From an uncultured Planctomycetales bacterium (GTDB taxonomy: Bacteria; Omnitrophota; Gorgyraeia; Zapsychrales; JANLHA01): DNA of 64,000 nucleotides. The notes under the pieces are model-generated. The model made no database searches. It was not told where the DNA came from and saw only the letters and a list, made by a program, of their open reading frames with translations. The stretch lies in the NCBI GenBank assembly GCA_964489065.1, contig CAZAXH010000001.1, forward strand, positions 21,106-85,105, given 5' to 3'. The position numbers and the translations under genes are program-made. Positions 38,691-48,739 of the stretch are shown here, piece by piece; positions within the stretch are counted from its first letter, which is position 1; each line of letters starts with the position of its first letter.

Positions 38691-39792
38691 AAATCTCTTT
38701 CTCCTGCTGTAAAATAGCATCCAGGCTATGCGTTTCTTCAATATATTTCCGGGCCGCCTGCCCCAGGCAGGACTGAAGGGCGGAGTCCACCATAACCGTA
38801 CAGATCGCCTTCAGAATCGACGCTTCGTCCGTACGGCATAAATAACCGGTTGCCTCATGTCGAATGATATTATTGATCCCTTCAATATCGCTTCCGATCA
38901 CCGCCAAGCCGCAAGCCATGGCCTCCAGCAACGTCTTGGGCATCCCTTCACAAAATGACGGTAAAATATAGACCCCATACCGGTTGTAAACCTTCGGCAA
39001 TTCGCTATTGGACACCTTCCCCAACAGGTTGGCCTTTATATTATTTTTTTTAATATAACTTGTCAACTCCTCTTTTAACCGCCCTCCCCCCACCACATCC
39101 AGAGTGTATGGCGTCTGGCGCACCGCATCCAGCAGAGTGAAAAGGTTTTTTTCTTTTTCCAGCCGTCCAACAAACAAAATCCGGTCCGAAGCCCGCGTTT
39201 GAGTCAACGGCTTAAACCGGTCTGTCTCCACATAATTATATTGCACTTTGATCTTTTTTCCCGGAACTTTAAAATATTTTTTTATGAACTCTTTGCCGAT
39301 CTCGTTGGATATCACGACAACGTCGGCGATCCAATACGATAAAAGCGCATTGAAATAGGTAAAAATCTTAAAAGACCAGGACATGTTCATCAGCAACGCG
39401 AACCGGAACTGCTCATACCCGCAGCGGATGATCAGCGGTTTTTTATAAAGAAATTTGGCAAGCCCCGGCACCCAGCTGCCCCACATCTGATTGGTTTTGT
39501 AAATATCCGGAGCCGTAAAATCCTCCTTAAGGCGGAAGGGGAGCGTAAAGCTGTGCAGATACCGGAGCAGCGAACGCCGGGGATTCTTAAGATATGCGTA
39601 CATGGGCACAATCCGGACCCGCCCGCATTTCTCCTGATAATCATAGTCTGAACGGTCCCCGTACGTAAAAAAAATGACCTCATGCCCATCCTCGGCCAGT
39701 TGCCGGTACAGCGCGACCTCCCGATCGATCATGCCGTATTCATGCCATTTTTTTAAAGAAGTATTAAAGGTAAAAAAAACACCGATCTTCAT
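38665..39792 (-). CDS. Glycosyltransferase family 4
   Basis: 375 aa, GT-B. C-terminus ILFVGRLEKEKN...YILPSFCEGMPKTLLEAMACGLAVIGSDIEG. Confidence 0.8.
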   Translation of the reverse strand: MKIGVFFTFNTSLKKWHEYGMIDREVALYRQLAEDGHEVIFFTYGDRSDYDYQEKCGRVRIVPMYAYLKNPRRSLLRYLHSFTLPFRLKEDFTAPDIYKTNQMWGSWVPGLAKFLYKKPLIIRCGYEQFRFALLMNMSWSFKIFTYFNALLSYWIADVVVISNEIGKEFIKKYFKVPGKKIKVQYNYVETDRFKPLTQTRASDRILFVGRLEKEKNLFTLLDAVRQTPYTLDVVGGGRLKEELTSYIKKNNIKANLLGKVSNSELPKVYNRYGVYILPSFCEGMPKTLLEAMACGLAVIGSDIEGINNIIRHEATGYLCRTDEASILKAICTVMVDSALQSCLGQAARKYIEETHSLDAILQQEKEIYANIKSGC

Positions 39793-40607
39793 GGCGACTC
39801 CGCGGGGGCAACGACAGGTTTTTCAAATTCGATAAAAACTTGGGTGGCGAACAAATGGATAAGGGGCCAATAGTCCAAACCAGCAAACCCGAAACGGGAA
39901 CGCCATCTTCTCGGGAAATACCGTTCCCCCCGGAATGAAAAAGAAAAAAAAGTCGTCATCTTTAAACCGCTAGCCCTGGCCAAAACACGGGCTTCAGACA
40001 GGGTCAAAAAATGATGCGTCCCTAGATTACCCCGATTCATCCACCATGTTTTCTTATGATAAGTCTTTAGATATTTCTTTAAAAGCTGTATGACCCTCCA
40101 TAGGCCATGTTTAGGTTCAATCACCACAACCCGGCCCCCGGGATTAAGCAAAGCCGCGCATTTCTTAAAATAATCCTCCCGGTCCGGGATATGGTGAAGA
40201 GAGGAAACAAAAAGGATAAGGTCAAAAGTTTGCCCCAAAGGATGTTCAAGGAACGATCCACAGACGACCGCGGCCTTCAAACCCGAACGCCCCGGGAACA
40301 CATTCTCTTTTATATATTCGACGAACGGACGGACGATGTCAATCCCTAAATACCGTTTGAGTGCAGGCTGTTTGAGAATGAGGCGGGTATAAAATCCGTT
40401 GCCCGGCCCGATTTCCAGCACCGATGACGGCGCTTGACTCCGGAGAATATCGAACAGGATTTTCCCTTCTTTCGTTTGTCCCGCATCCGTCTGCCTCTTA
40501 TGGGCGGCATCATAATCTTCCGGCCTCCTATAATGAGCATTATTATGGGCATGACAGGACCGTAATACTATTTGCCTCTCGTCTTTACTGAGCAGACGCC
40601 AGACCAT
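39789..40607 (-). CDS. Class I SAM-dependent methyltransferase
   Basis: Motif I VLEIGPGNGFYT, and motifs LNPGGRVVVIEP. The start is probably MVWRLL (40607); the ORF extends to 40658. Confidence 0.75.
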   Translation of the reverse strand: MVWRLLSKDERQIVLRSCHAHNNAHYRRPEDYDAAHKRQTDAGQTKEGKILFDILRSQAPSSVLEIGPGNGFYTRLILKQPALKRYLGIDIVRPFVEYIKENVFPGRSGLKAAVVCGSFLEHPLGQTFDLILFVSSLHHIPDREDYFKKCAALLNPGGRVVVIEPKHGLWRVIQLLKKYLKTYHKKTWWMNRGNLGTHHFLTLSEARVLARASGLKMTTFFSFSFRGERYFPRRWRSRFGFAGLDYWPLIHLFATQVFIEFEKPVVAPAESP

Positions 40608-40795
40608 GTAATTTGGCAGTAAATAATATAAGAGAATCCCACACGGATGATTTAACATACACGAACCTACTAAATATATTTTCAGGTTATTATTCGGCGA
40701 AAAGAACGGATGACATGAAAACCCGTTTGTTTTTGAAACTTAACGAGGCAAAACCTTACATCTTCCTTAAAATTTATTATCCGGTGAAATAAGCA

Positions 40796-41451
40796 TCAGG
40801 ATTTTTTTCTCACAATGGCATCTTGGAATGCGTTGCCGAATTTATTATAATATATAAGTTCTCCCGGGAACAACTTCATTGTATCAGAGAGACCAATGTT
40901 GCCTACCACCCCCACATGTGACGGATCGATTTTTTCCCCCGGGGATCCCAAGATCAAATATCCTCCTGCAGCCAGAACCCGGCACCATTCTTTCGCCGCA
41001 CGGTAAGGATCTTGCGCATGATCTAAGAAATTTGAATAAACAATTTGAAATATCCCTATCCACTCCGAAGGAAGTTCATCAAAACTGACCGTCAGGACAT
41101 CGCGACGCTTCCCGGAACAATATGCTCAACACAACTCATCCCGAATGTTTCGATAGGCCTAAAACGGGAAGAGAAGGCGTATTTTCTTTGTTCAAGAAGT
41201 CTTATGCATGCGATCCTCAAAGGATTACTAAAGAAAACATTGCGGAACAAATCAATTTCTCTCCCGTTACGTGTCCCCAAACACAAAATCGGGCCTTTGA
41301 TAGGGATATTCCTCTCGCACCGGGTGATTACTTTCTTCCATTGCTGTACACACGCAACGCTCACCTTACAAAAAGCGAATTTTTTACGCGAGTGCGCAAT
41401 CTGAGTTGCAAAATACTCCGCACGAGACTGTTCTTGATTGTAAATATGCAT
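40796..41451 (-). pseudogene. Frameshifted class I SAM-dependent methyltransferase (paralog of the 46187-46858 methyltransferase)
   Basis: Minus-strand ORF 41451-41092 carries the N-terminal half with motif I ILCLGTRNGREIDLF and then stops. I hand-translated a different minus-strand frame from 41125 down to ~40798. It gives AYCSGKRRDVLTVSFDELPSEWIGIFQIVYSNFLDHAQDPYRAAKEWCRVLAAGGYLILGSPGE..., the C-terminal half of a methyltransferase. The two halves are joined only by a frameshift near 41095-41125. Confidence 0.5.
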
Positions 41452-41463
41452 ATTAAGTCCTCT

Positions 41464-42432
41464 TTAGATAAAATCCAAAACTTCCCGGAGTACTTTTTCA
41501 TATTGCCGGCACATGGCCGCGGCGTTAAACGGGAACGTCCGCATCCCGGGTTGAAGCCGCGCGTACTGGTCCCGCATTTTAAATAAAGCGACCGGGAAAG
41601 ACCCGGCCGTGTATTCAATCCCCGCCTCCCGGCACGTTTCCACGACCCCGCCCCCTTCGTTGATATACAACACCGGCAGCCCGCAACAGGCCCCTTCCAA
41701 CTGGTGCATCCCGCAAGATTCCCAACGCGCGGCCGTCAAATACACGTGATGAGACCGCAACTCCTGCGCCAGTTCGGTGCCGAAAAGTGGGGGCACAGTG
41801 CGCGTATACCGGAACTCGGTTCCAGCCGGATATCTACCGACATACGTGAACTGGAACTGGCCCTGCATCCAAGAATCCTCAAGCAGTTTATCAAAATAAC
41901 GGTAAACATCAATGCCTTTCATGGGATTATTCGACCAGTGATGCGTGACGATTTTCATCGGCTCCCCGTTGTGCCAAGGCCGATACCCCTGAGCATGAAA
42001 TATATTTTCATCCGGGCCGTTGCGCACCACGTAGGCAGGCACCAGGGGATCCAGTCCTTTCTGCCTGTAATATTCCCTCACCCATTCGCTGATAAACACA
42101 AAGGCATCAGCCACTTTATTCGCCTCCAGCCGCAGGCGGTCGATGTGGCGGGTGTTTTTTGCCCGGTCAGTTTCGTTAATCCGATGAATCACCTTGACAC
42201 GCGGATGAGTCTTTTTATATCTTTTGATGTCCTTGTGCGTGAACGTCCCGCTTCCGGGGTGAGGATTGATCAGGATAATCACATCCAGCCCTTCCTCTAA
42301 ATGATGGACAACGCGCGCGCCCTTCCCTTCAAAATATTTCTTAAACGAGATCAAGAATTGGTTCCCCCCGCCCCAGGGGCCGTCTGTAATCTCATTGCCT
42401 AAAGCGATCTTTAACTCTTTAAAAGTGTCCAT
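41464..42432 (-). CDS. Putative GT-B-fold glycosyltransferase (family unclear)
   Basis: 322 aa. The C-terminal GLPVLYINEGGGVVE resembles the GT1/GT4 donor-binding region. The N-terminus is not recognisable. Confidence 0.4.
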   Translation of the reverse strand: MDTFKELKIALGNEITDGPWGGGNQFLISFKKYFEGKGARVVHHLEEGLDVIILINPHPGSGTFTHKDIKRYKKTHPRVKVIHRINETDRAKNTRHIDRLRLEANKVADAFVFISEWVREYYRQKGLDPLVPAYVVRNGPDENIFHAQGYRPWHNGEPMKIVTHHWSNNPMKGIDVYRYFDKLLEDSWMQGQFQFTYVGRYPAGTEFRYTRTVPPLFGTELAQELRSHHVYLTAARWESCGMHQLEGACCGLPVLYINEGGGVVETCREAGIEYTAGSFPVALFKMRDQYARLQPGMRTFPFNAAAMCRQYEKVLREVLDFI

Positions 42433-42521
42433 AGTTATAGTTATTAATCACATTCCCGGTTCAAAAGTATGTGTTTCTATCCGTATGGGGCTAGCGTTTA
42501 ATGCGTACGATCAAAGCCGTT

Positions 42522-44021
42522 TTAACTCATCTCCGGGACTTGCTTGCGGATGCGGTAATAATAAAAATCTAACAGATAAAACTCGAACGGAAGCCGGTAA
42601 AAAAGCCAGCGCAGGCGCAGTTTGGAAATGATCGTCAAGAAGAGGAGCCACAACCCTTTAAAAGGGTTTTTCCGGATTTTCTCCCAGACAAAAGCATAGG
42701 TGTTGGTAGCGGCTTTTGTACTGGTCCACAAATACTTATTGAAGGTCATGTTCTTAATCCAGGGAGGTTCGGCGCCGCCTAAGATTTCGGCGTGCTCCCA
42801 TTCCTCCAGCGTCTCCGGCATCTTGAGGCCGTAATCGCGCACGCACATATCGTACAATTCTCCCCCCGGATACGGCCGGTAATTTGCCGGGCCGTTAATA
42901 AAAGCCCGGGGCTGAATCCGCAAAATCTCCCGGATGAGCCTTAACGTCTGCATCTGTTCAGCTTTCGTTTCGGTGGGAATGCCGGTCATAAACGCGACCA
43001 AAGGGATGATGTTGAATTTCTTGGTCCGCCGGACAAAATTCAAGATATCCTCAACCTTGATGCCTTTACGCAAAAGATCCAGGATCCGTTGGGACCCCGA
43101 TTCCCCCCCGCATTGCAGTTTGTTGCACCCCGAGTCAGCCAGCAGCTTAAGATAATCATCACCGACATAGGACTCCCGCAGATATTCAACCCGCGGATTA
43201 GCGAGCCAGGTAATGCGGATGTTACGGTCCAGCAGGCCCTGCGCGATCTCCCGGACCTGCTGCTTGTTCGACATAAACACTTCATCCCGGAACCCGACGC
43301 GCTGGATATTAAATTCCCGGAATAAGAATTCAATCTCGTTCAAAACGTTTACGGGGTCCCGGTAACGCATCTTCCGATTCTTGGTCAGCACGTTAATACA
43401 AAACGCGCAGCGGTACGGGCAGCCCCGGCTGGCCTGCACCCGGATAATACTCCGCTTGACGACAGACAGCACTTCGGGTTTAAGCATGGACCAGTCCAGG
43501 ATCGGAAGTTTATTCACATCAACAAACGGCCGGGCCGGCGTCGTGACGACGCCCCCGTTTTCCTTAAAGCAAATCCCATCCACCTTATGCAGATCAAGCG
43601 TGCCTGATTCGATCCGGCGGACGATATCCAGCATGACATCTTCCCCTTCCCCGGGGACAACGATATCCGCCAGCGGGCTCCGCGCGGTTTGCTCCGTGAA
43701 CAGAATTGCGTGAGGCCCCCCCCAGATAATCTTAACCCGAGGATTCTTTTGCCGAAGCCGCCGCAGTTCCGGCAGAAGGTAACGGATATGGACGCTCATC
43801 GCATACACGCCCAAAAGATCCGTATCGACAATTTCCCGGTCCAGGATATCCTGATATTCCGGCTCTACGGAACAATCCACCAGCTTAACCCTATATCCTT
43901 GCTGTTTAAGGACGGTCGCAATATAGAGAAGGCCGGTCGGAGTATTATAGGTGCCGATCGTGCCGGTCGGCGGGTAAATCAACAAGACCTTGACCGTATC
44001 TTTCTTAATCGCTGGCTTCAA
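42522..44021 (-). CDS. B12-binding domain radical SAM protein (class B radical SAM)
   Basis: N-terminal Rossmann-like cobalamin-binding region (VLLIYPP...IIWGGPHA), then a CxxxCxxC cluster ASRGCPYRCAFCIN and a radical SAM TIM-barrel core. 499 aa. Confidence 0.8.
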   Translation of the reverse strand: MKPAIKKDTVKVLLIYPPTGTIGTYNTPTGLLYIATVLKQQGYRVKLVDCSVEPEYQDILDREIVDTDLLGVYAMSVHIRYLLPELRRLRQKNPRVKIIWGGPHAILFTEQTARSPLADIVVPGEGEDVMLDIVRRIESGTLDLHKVDGICFKENGGVVTTPARPFVDVNKLPILDWSMLKPEVLSVVKRSIIRVQASRGCPYRCAFCINVLTKNRKMRYRDPVNVLNEIEFLFREFNIQRVGFRDEVFMSNKQQVREIAQGLLDRNIRITWLANPRVEYLRESYVGDDYLKLLADSGCNKLQCGGESGSQRILDLLRKGIKVEDILNFVRRTKKFNIIPLVAFMTGIPTETKAEQMQTLRLIREILRIQPRAFINGPANYRPYPGGELYDMCVRDYGLKMPETLEEWEHAEILGGAEPPWIKNMTFNKYLWTSTKAATNTYAFVWEKIRKNPFKGLWLLFLTIISKLRLRWLFYRLPFEFYLLDFYYYRIRKQVPEMS

Positions 44022-44037
44022 ACCTATCCCCTTTCCT

Positions 44038-45381
44038 TTATCGATACGGGGTCTCTTCGTATAAACGTAAACCCTTTATCTCCTTATACGCCGATCCATA
44101 CCGTTTCTTAAACTGCGCGAAAAAATCCTGGACCGCTTGGTCACGCAAGTAACGATATTTTTCATTATCCAAACAGCGGACGATCCGATATTCCCGGGAA
44201 CGGCACAGCCGACAGATGAGGTTGGGATGCGAGGAATTCACCGTCTCCCTTAAAAACTGAAACACTTTATGATTCCAAATATCGTTAAAATTGTTGTCAG
44301 GGTCAGAAAAAAACTCCTTATAATTGAGCAATAACGGCTCCAGCCGGTTGCAAACCGAAACATAATGGGAATCCGGATAATCCAACGCGCCTTTAAACTG
44401 GATCAGGCGCCAAGGTTGCAGGCAACAGCGGTCGCCTTCCGATGTTAAATGGTCCAAGTCAACCGCATTGACATCCTCCATGGCATGATAATAACATGGC
44501 TGGGAAGGAGTCAATGTGACATTCCGCTCCCGGGCATAATGATAAATCTCGTCCAGCAGGTGGTTCCCCTCGGCCGGATCAAAGTAATATGACACGTCAC
44601 GGCTTAATTTGTTCCTTACATCATAGTAACTATTAACCGAAACGTAATCCAATTTGTGTTCGCAAGCGAAGTCAATAATCCTGCGCGTATTGTGGGCGTT
44701 AAGCCGGTTCAACATAAAATTAATGCCCAACCGGTTTCTTCGGCCCTTACGGGTGGTATAATAACGGATATTAGCCACGACCCGGTCAAAATCCCCGCCC
44801 AACAGCTTCTTATACGTTTCCTTGTCCGCGGCGTGCAGCGAAACAAGAATATTATCGAACCCGCAACGGATCAAAGCGTCGGCCGTCTCCGGCACCAAAA
44901 AAAAACCGTTGGTGTTCACGCTCAAATTCAACTGTGGATATTTTTCTTTAAGAGAGCTGGCGATCTCAACAAAATGGGGATTGATCATCGGCTCCCCCAC
45001 AGACCCATAAAAGCTCAAACTCGACACATGGCGAATCCATGCTTCGTATTTCTTAATCATATCCAGATCAATGATGTTTTTATATTTGACCGGGATTTTT
45101 TCATGCACGTGGTGAATCTCGCAAAAGGCGCAACGGTAATTGCAGATATCGGTGAGATTCAAGACCCCCTGGGTGGGCATGCAACCCGTGCAAGCCGTCC
45201 CGCGGCAGGCATCACGGATCGCGTGAACGGTCTTGAGGGGCCCGGGGTAGAACTTCTCAAACAAAGACGCGGATTTATACAAAACCTCATGCCCCGCCAC
45301 ATAGGCCATGACCCTTTTTTTATTCTCCGGGGATATTGGCGAGGTAAACCCTAACATAATGATTTCTCCATCACCTGACAT
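44038..45381 (-). CDS. Radical SAM protein with Cys-rich C-terminal (SPASM/twitch-like) domain
   Basis: CNYRCAFCE CxxxCxxC motif, then the GSVGEPMINP glycine-rich SAM motif. C-terminal cysteines CCLQPW...CNRL...CRLCRS are consistent with an auxiliary Fe-S domain. Confidence 0.7.
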   Translation of the reverse strand: MSGDGEIIMLGFTSPISPENKKRVMAYVAGHEVLYKSASLFEKFYPGPLKTVHAIRDACRGTACTGCMPTQGVLNLTDICNYRCAFCEIHHVHEKIPVKYKNIIDLDMIKKYEAWIRHVSSLSFYGSVGEPMINPHFVEIASSLKEKYPQLNLSVNTNGFFLVPETADALIRCGFDNILVSLHAADKETYKKLLGGDFDRVVANIRYYTTRKGRRNRLGINFMLNRLNAHNTRRIIDFACEHKLDYVSVNSYYDVRNKLSRDVSYYFDPAEGNHLLDEIYHYARERNVTLTPSQPCYYHAMEDVNAVDLDHLTSEGDRCCLQPWRLIQFKGALDYPDSHYVSVCNRLEPLLLNYKEFFSDPDNNFNDIWNHKVFQFLRETVNSSHPNLICRLCRSREYRIVRCLDNEKYRYLRDQAVQDFFAQFKKRYGSAYKEIKGLRLYEETPYR

Positions 45382-46190
45382 CCGGCGGTAGGACCCCCGT
45401 CATCCAGCAGCAAGTCTTTTATGAACACGATATCCCGATCGGCGTAGGAGTTCAGCAAGGCCTTAAACCAAGGCACTCCGCCGCGGATAATATTCCAATC
45501 ATGAAAAAGGAAGACGTTGGGATCTCCCACATAAGTCAAGCCATTATTCTTTCTCCCCGTAGGGGATAACGCTTCAGTGGAGGATAGATATCGAAGCCCG
45601 GATTCGCAGGCGAACCGTTCTGTGTCCGCAGTCCACACGTTCCCCGGAGGGATAAAGGTCACCACCTCGCAGCCGAAATACTCTTTCAAATACCGCTGGG
45701 ACACCCGCAGATGGTCCCGGTGAGTTTCCGCCGGAAGCCAATCCCAGAACTCCCGATGAGCGAGACGGTTAGGCTCCCGCCAGCGCGGCCGGTGCTGTCC
45801 AACGACACAATGGGTCAGCCCGTGATTGGCGATCTCCAAGACCCCCTGTGCAACTCCTTGTTTCAAAACCGCGGCGGCTTCCGGAAACTTCTGAAAAAAA
45901 GGGACCAGTTCTCCGGAGTACTCTACCCACGCGGCAGTCACGCCGACGGTCAATTTCGCGTTATGGGACACCAGCAGCTTTATAATCTGCTCCCACTCTC
46001 CGGCCCTTAATTCCCGATAGGGCAGGCGCTTCCGTAAGCCCGGGCAATATTTCATCCATAAAAAATTTGATATCCGGGTCACCGGCCAAACGCGGCCCAG
46101 GAACTTAACGGTATCCTTCCCGTAAATTTCAAACTTTTTCGTGGAAGCAAAGACATCATCCATGCGTAAAGCTATGCGTTCTTTGGTCAT
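45351..46190 (-). CDS. Polysaccharide deacetylase-like (NodB/CE4 superfamily) protein
   Basis: LRMDDV (a TFDDG-like Asp-Asp motif) and ANHGLTHC (HxxxH-like). 279 aa. Assignment is tentative. Confidence 0.45.
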   Translation of the reverse strand: MTKERIALRMDDVFASTKKFEIYGKDTVKFLGRVWPVTRISNFLWMKYCPGLRKRLPYRELRAGEWEQIIKLLVSHNAKLTVGVTAAWVEYSGELVPFFQKFPEAAAVLKQGVAQGVLEIANHGLTHCVVGQHRPRWREPNRLAHREFWDWLPAETHRDHLRVSQRYLKEYFGCEVVTFIPPGNVWTADTERFACESGLRYLSSTEALSPTGRKNNGLTYVGDPNVFLFHDWNIIRGGVPWFKALLNSYADRDIVFIKDLLLDDGGPTAGCQVMEKSLC

Positions 46191-46858
46191 AATCCTTTTC
46201 GCAAACGTGTCTCACACACAAACAAATACCCCATGGGGAACCGGGAGTTCTGGTCCCTCCGATCCAATCCAAGGACTAATAATTTCGTACAATACAAAAA
46301 CGGCAACATAAAAAGCTTCCCCCATCGCCCGTAAGTGTTTCTGACCTTTTCAAAAAAGAAATCCCATATGACCGTGTACCGTCCGCCCAGGAGGATCCGT
46401 TCCCGCACATAAAAATGAACCTCAAGGAAAATCCGCCAGGATTTTTCCGTATACCGGACATTATCTACATCCCCATGCACAGGATCAAGGAAAGGCACGG
46501 AAAAAAGGAAAACCCCATCGGGCTTCAAAACCCTGGCTATTTCTTTTAGAACCCGCGGTGTCTCTAAAACATATTCCATGACCTCAAAAGAAACAACCGC
46601 ATCAAAAACTTCAGGCCCAAACGGCAGCGCCCGCGCGTCCGCCGCGATCACGTCTTTCCCCTTTTCCGGCTTAAGGTCAACGGCAATCATGTCCCGCGCC
46701 CCTGGGAAAAAAGAATCGTAACGGCGGTTACGCGACCCCACATCCAAAACGCGCCCCCGGACCGCAGGCGCACACCGACGGATCGCCTCGTTGAGCAACT
46801 GGCGATGCAGGGAACAGCCGTAAAAACCGCCGATTTTCTTTTGAATGACCTTCAACAT
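46187..46858 (-). CDS. Class I SAM-dependent methyltransferase
   Basis: Motif I VLDVGSRNRRYDSFF, motifs DAVVSFEVMEYV and LKPDGVFLF. The start is taken at MLKVIQ (46858). Confidence 0.75.
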   Translation of the reverse strand: MLKVIQKKIGGFYGCSLHRQLLNEAIRRCAPAVRGRVLDVGSRNRRYDSFFPGARDMIAVDLKPEKGKDVIAADARALPFGPEVFDAVVSFEVMEYVLETPRVLKEIARVLKPDGVFLFSVPFLDPVHGDVDNVRYTEKSWRIFLEVHFYVRERILLGGRYTVIWDFFFEKVRNTYGRWGKLFMLPFLYCTKLLVLGLDRRDQNSRFPMGYLFVCETRLRKGL

Positions 46859-46878
46859 ACAATTTTGGCAACCAGCTT

Positions 46879-47835
46879 TCAAGTCAGAGACACGGCTTTC
46901 GGGTGTGGCCAAGGCGCCGTATTCTTAAGTTTTCTAGTGATGGCGGCAACGACCTCTTCAACTTGAATAGACGCCAGGCACTTCTTATGAAAAGGGCATT
47001 GAACCCTTAATCCACAAGGAGCGCAATCAACATGATGGTAAATATTAATATTATTGTGGTAGGCCGTTAGTTCAAGGGGCGTGTATCCGCCGTATAAAAT
47101 AACACTGTCTATGCCCACGGCCTGCGCGGCGTGCATCAGCCCGCCGTCCGTACCCACAAAAAGCTTCGCGCCTTTCAACAGGCAGGCCGTATCACGGAAG
47201 GAACCCAACCCCCGGAAATCCACCACGCGTTTCAACAAGGCCTTCCCCGGCAACCCCACCTGGACAACCGTGATCAATTCGGAAACCTGATCCACCACCG
47301 CCTGCCATCTTTCAAAAAACCAGCTCTTATTGGGCGTGTAATCATCTTTGGCGTGTGGCTCGAGCGCGATGAAATCATCAAGCCCCTCCATCCAGCGTGC
47401 CACCCGCCGGAGTTCTTCTTCCGTAAAAAACAACTCCGGCCGGGGAGGCGAAGTCACATCGCAACCGAAACGCTTACACAGCATGGTGATCGCGTTCCCG
47501 GATTTAAAGACAAGCTTCTCCGGCGTGCAGGAAACGGCATAGGAGTTTTGATTATCGTTACAGTCTATAATAATGGCCCTCTTTCTCTGTCGCCGGTCTA
47601 AGGCGTCCGCCGGGATAAGATGCGGATTGTTCGTGAAGATTTCATCCAGAGGTTTGGTTTCCCAAAACAGCCTTTTATTGACCTTATGGAAAACCGGATT
47701 CTGTTTCAAGCCCACCGGAGCACACCGCTCCAAGGGAGTCGGGATGGTGTGTTTAAAAATAACCGGCCGGGCGGGATAGCGCCGTTTTAATTCCCCTATC
47801 ACCGCCGTCCAGATTAAAGATCCGCCGTAGCCCAT
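46879..47835 (-). CDS. Glycosyltransferase family 9 (heptosyltransferase-like)
   Basis: C-terminal GTDGGLMHAAQAVGIDSVILYGG is the GT9 donor-site signature. 318 aa. Confidence 0.75.
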   Translation of the reverse strand: MGYGGSLIWTAVIGELKRRYPARPVIFKHTIPTPLERCAPVGLKQNPVFHKVNKRLFWETKPLDEIFTNNPHLIPADALDRRQRKRAIIIDCNDNQNSYAVSCTPEKLVFKSGNAITMLCKRFGCDVTSPPRPELFFTEEELRRVARWMEGLDDFIALEPHAKDDYTPNKSWFFERWQAVVDQVSELITVVQVGLPGKALLKRVVDFRGLGSFRDTACLLKGAKLFVGTDGGLMHAAQAVGIDSVILYGGYTPLELTAYHNNINIYHHVDCAPCGLRVQCPFHKKCLASIQVEEVVAAITRKLKNTAPWPHPKAVSLT

Positions 47836-47868
47836 AAATATCTCTTCCTTAATTTAATGGAATCCATT

Positions 47869-48735
47869 TCACACAATCACGATTTCGCGGTCCCCACTGA
47901 ACACCGGCCCCGGGATTTTCCGGCACCCATCCCTGGGCAGGCAGATCATATTCGTCTGTTCGCGCCGGCAGTCATACGCGAAGCGTTTAAACTGTTCCAG
48001 CAGAAAAGGCAGCCCCTGCCCGGCCGGATAATACATCGGATGGATTTCAAAAACGATCACCGGCCGGTGCTTCTCTAAATACCCCGCCGCCGCGAAATCG
48101 GCGAAAACGTCCCGTTCGAATCCTTCTATATCCATAAAAATATAATCCGGGACAAAATTAATGTCCCGCAAAAATTCAGTCACCTTAATCGCCTTGACCC
48201 CGGTCATCCCCCCTGTCGGGCCTTCTTGTTGTTTCATACGACGAATAGCGTCATAAGGGTGTTTTTCATGATCATAAAAATGCACCTGCCGGGCCTCCGA
48301 ACTAATAAAAGCGTTATAAATCCGCACATTCTTAAGCCCGTTTAAAGCCACATTCTCCGAAAGAATTCGGAAATTATTGGGAGTCCCTTCGATAGAAACA
48401 ACCTGCCCGGACGCTCCCGCGCAGAAGGCCATGATGGTCGTAAAATAGCCGTAACATCCTCCCAATTCCAACACCCGGGCTCCGGGATGGACCAACGCTT
48501 TGATGATAGCGGTCGTGGTGGGTTCGCGGACGCCTTCAATGCGCTCCACGATAGGATGGTCCAACTTATAATCCTGGAACGACATACGGAACCGCATGTC
48601 ATCGACCGTAATATTAAAAATGTGGCCCGGCGGGTATTTTGAATATTTCCAAATACCATAACGTTGCGTCCCAAGCCTCATCAAGCGGCGGGCACGTCTC
48701 CCGACGGCCTTTTTTATTTGCGCTAAAGCTTTCAT
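47869..48735 (-). CDS. FkbM-family methyltransferase
   Basis: LELGGCYGYFT...VVSIEGTPNNF...IFMDIEGFE matches the FkbM domain pattern. The start is probably MKALAQ (48735). Confidence 0.7.
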   Translation of the reverse strand: MKALAQIKKAVGRRARRLMRLGTQRYGIWKYSKYPPGHIFNITVDDMRFRMSFQDYKLDHPIVERIEGVREPTTTAIIKALVHPGARVLELGGCYGYFTTIMAFCAGASGQVVSIEGTPNNFRILSENVALNGLKNVRIYNAFISSEARQVHFYDHEKHPYDAIRRMKQQEGPTGGMTGVKAIKVTEFLRDINFVPDYIFMDIEGFERDVFADFAAAGYLEKHRPVIVFEIHPMYYPAGQGLPFLLEQFKRFAYDCRREQTNMICLPRDGCRKIPGPVFSGDREIVIV

Positions 48736-48739
48736 AAAA

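Noticed and set aside
40659-41463. Gap next to the radical-SAM/SPASM genes as the site of a RiPP precursor peptide.
   Set aside because: The gap is filled by the two halves of a frameshifted methyltransferase. No short Cys/Ser/Thr-rich ORF with an RBS is present. Neighbours are sugar-handling enzymes, not peptidases or leader-binding (RRE) proteins.
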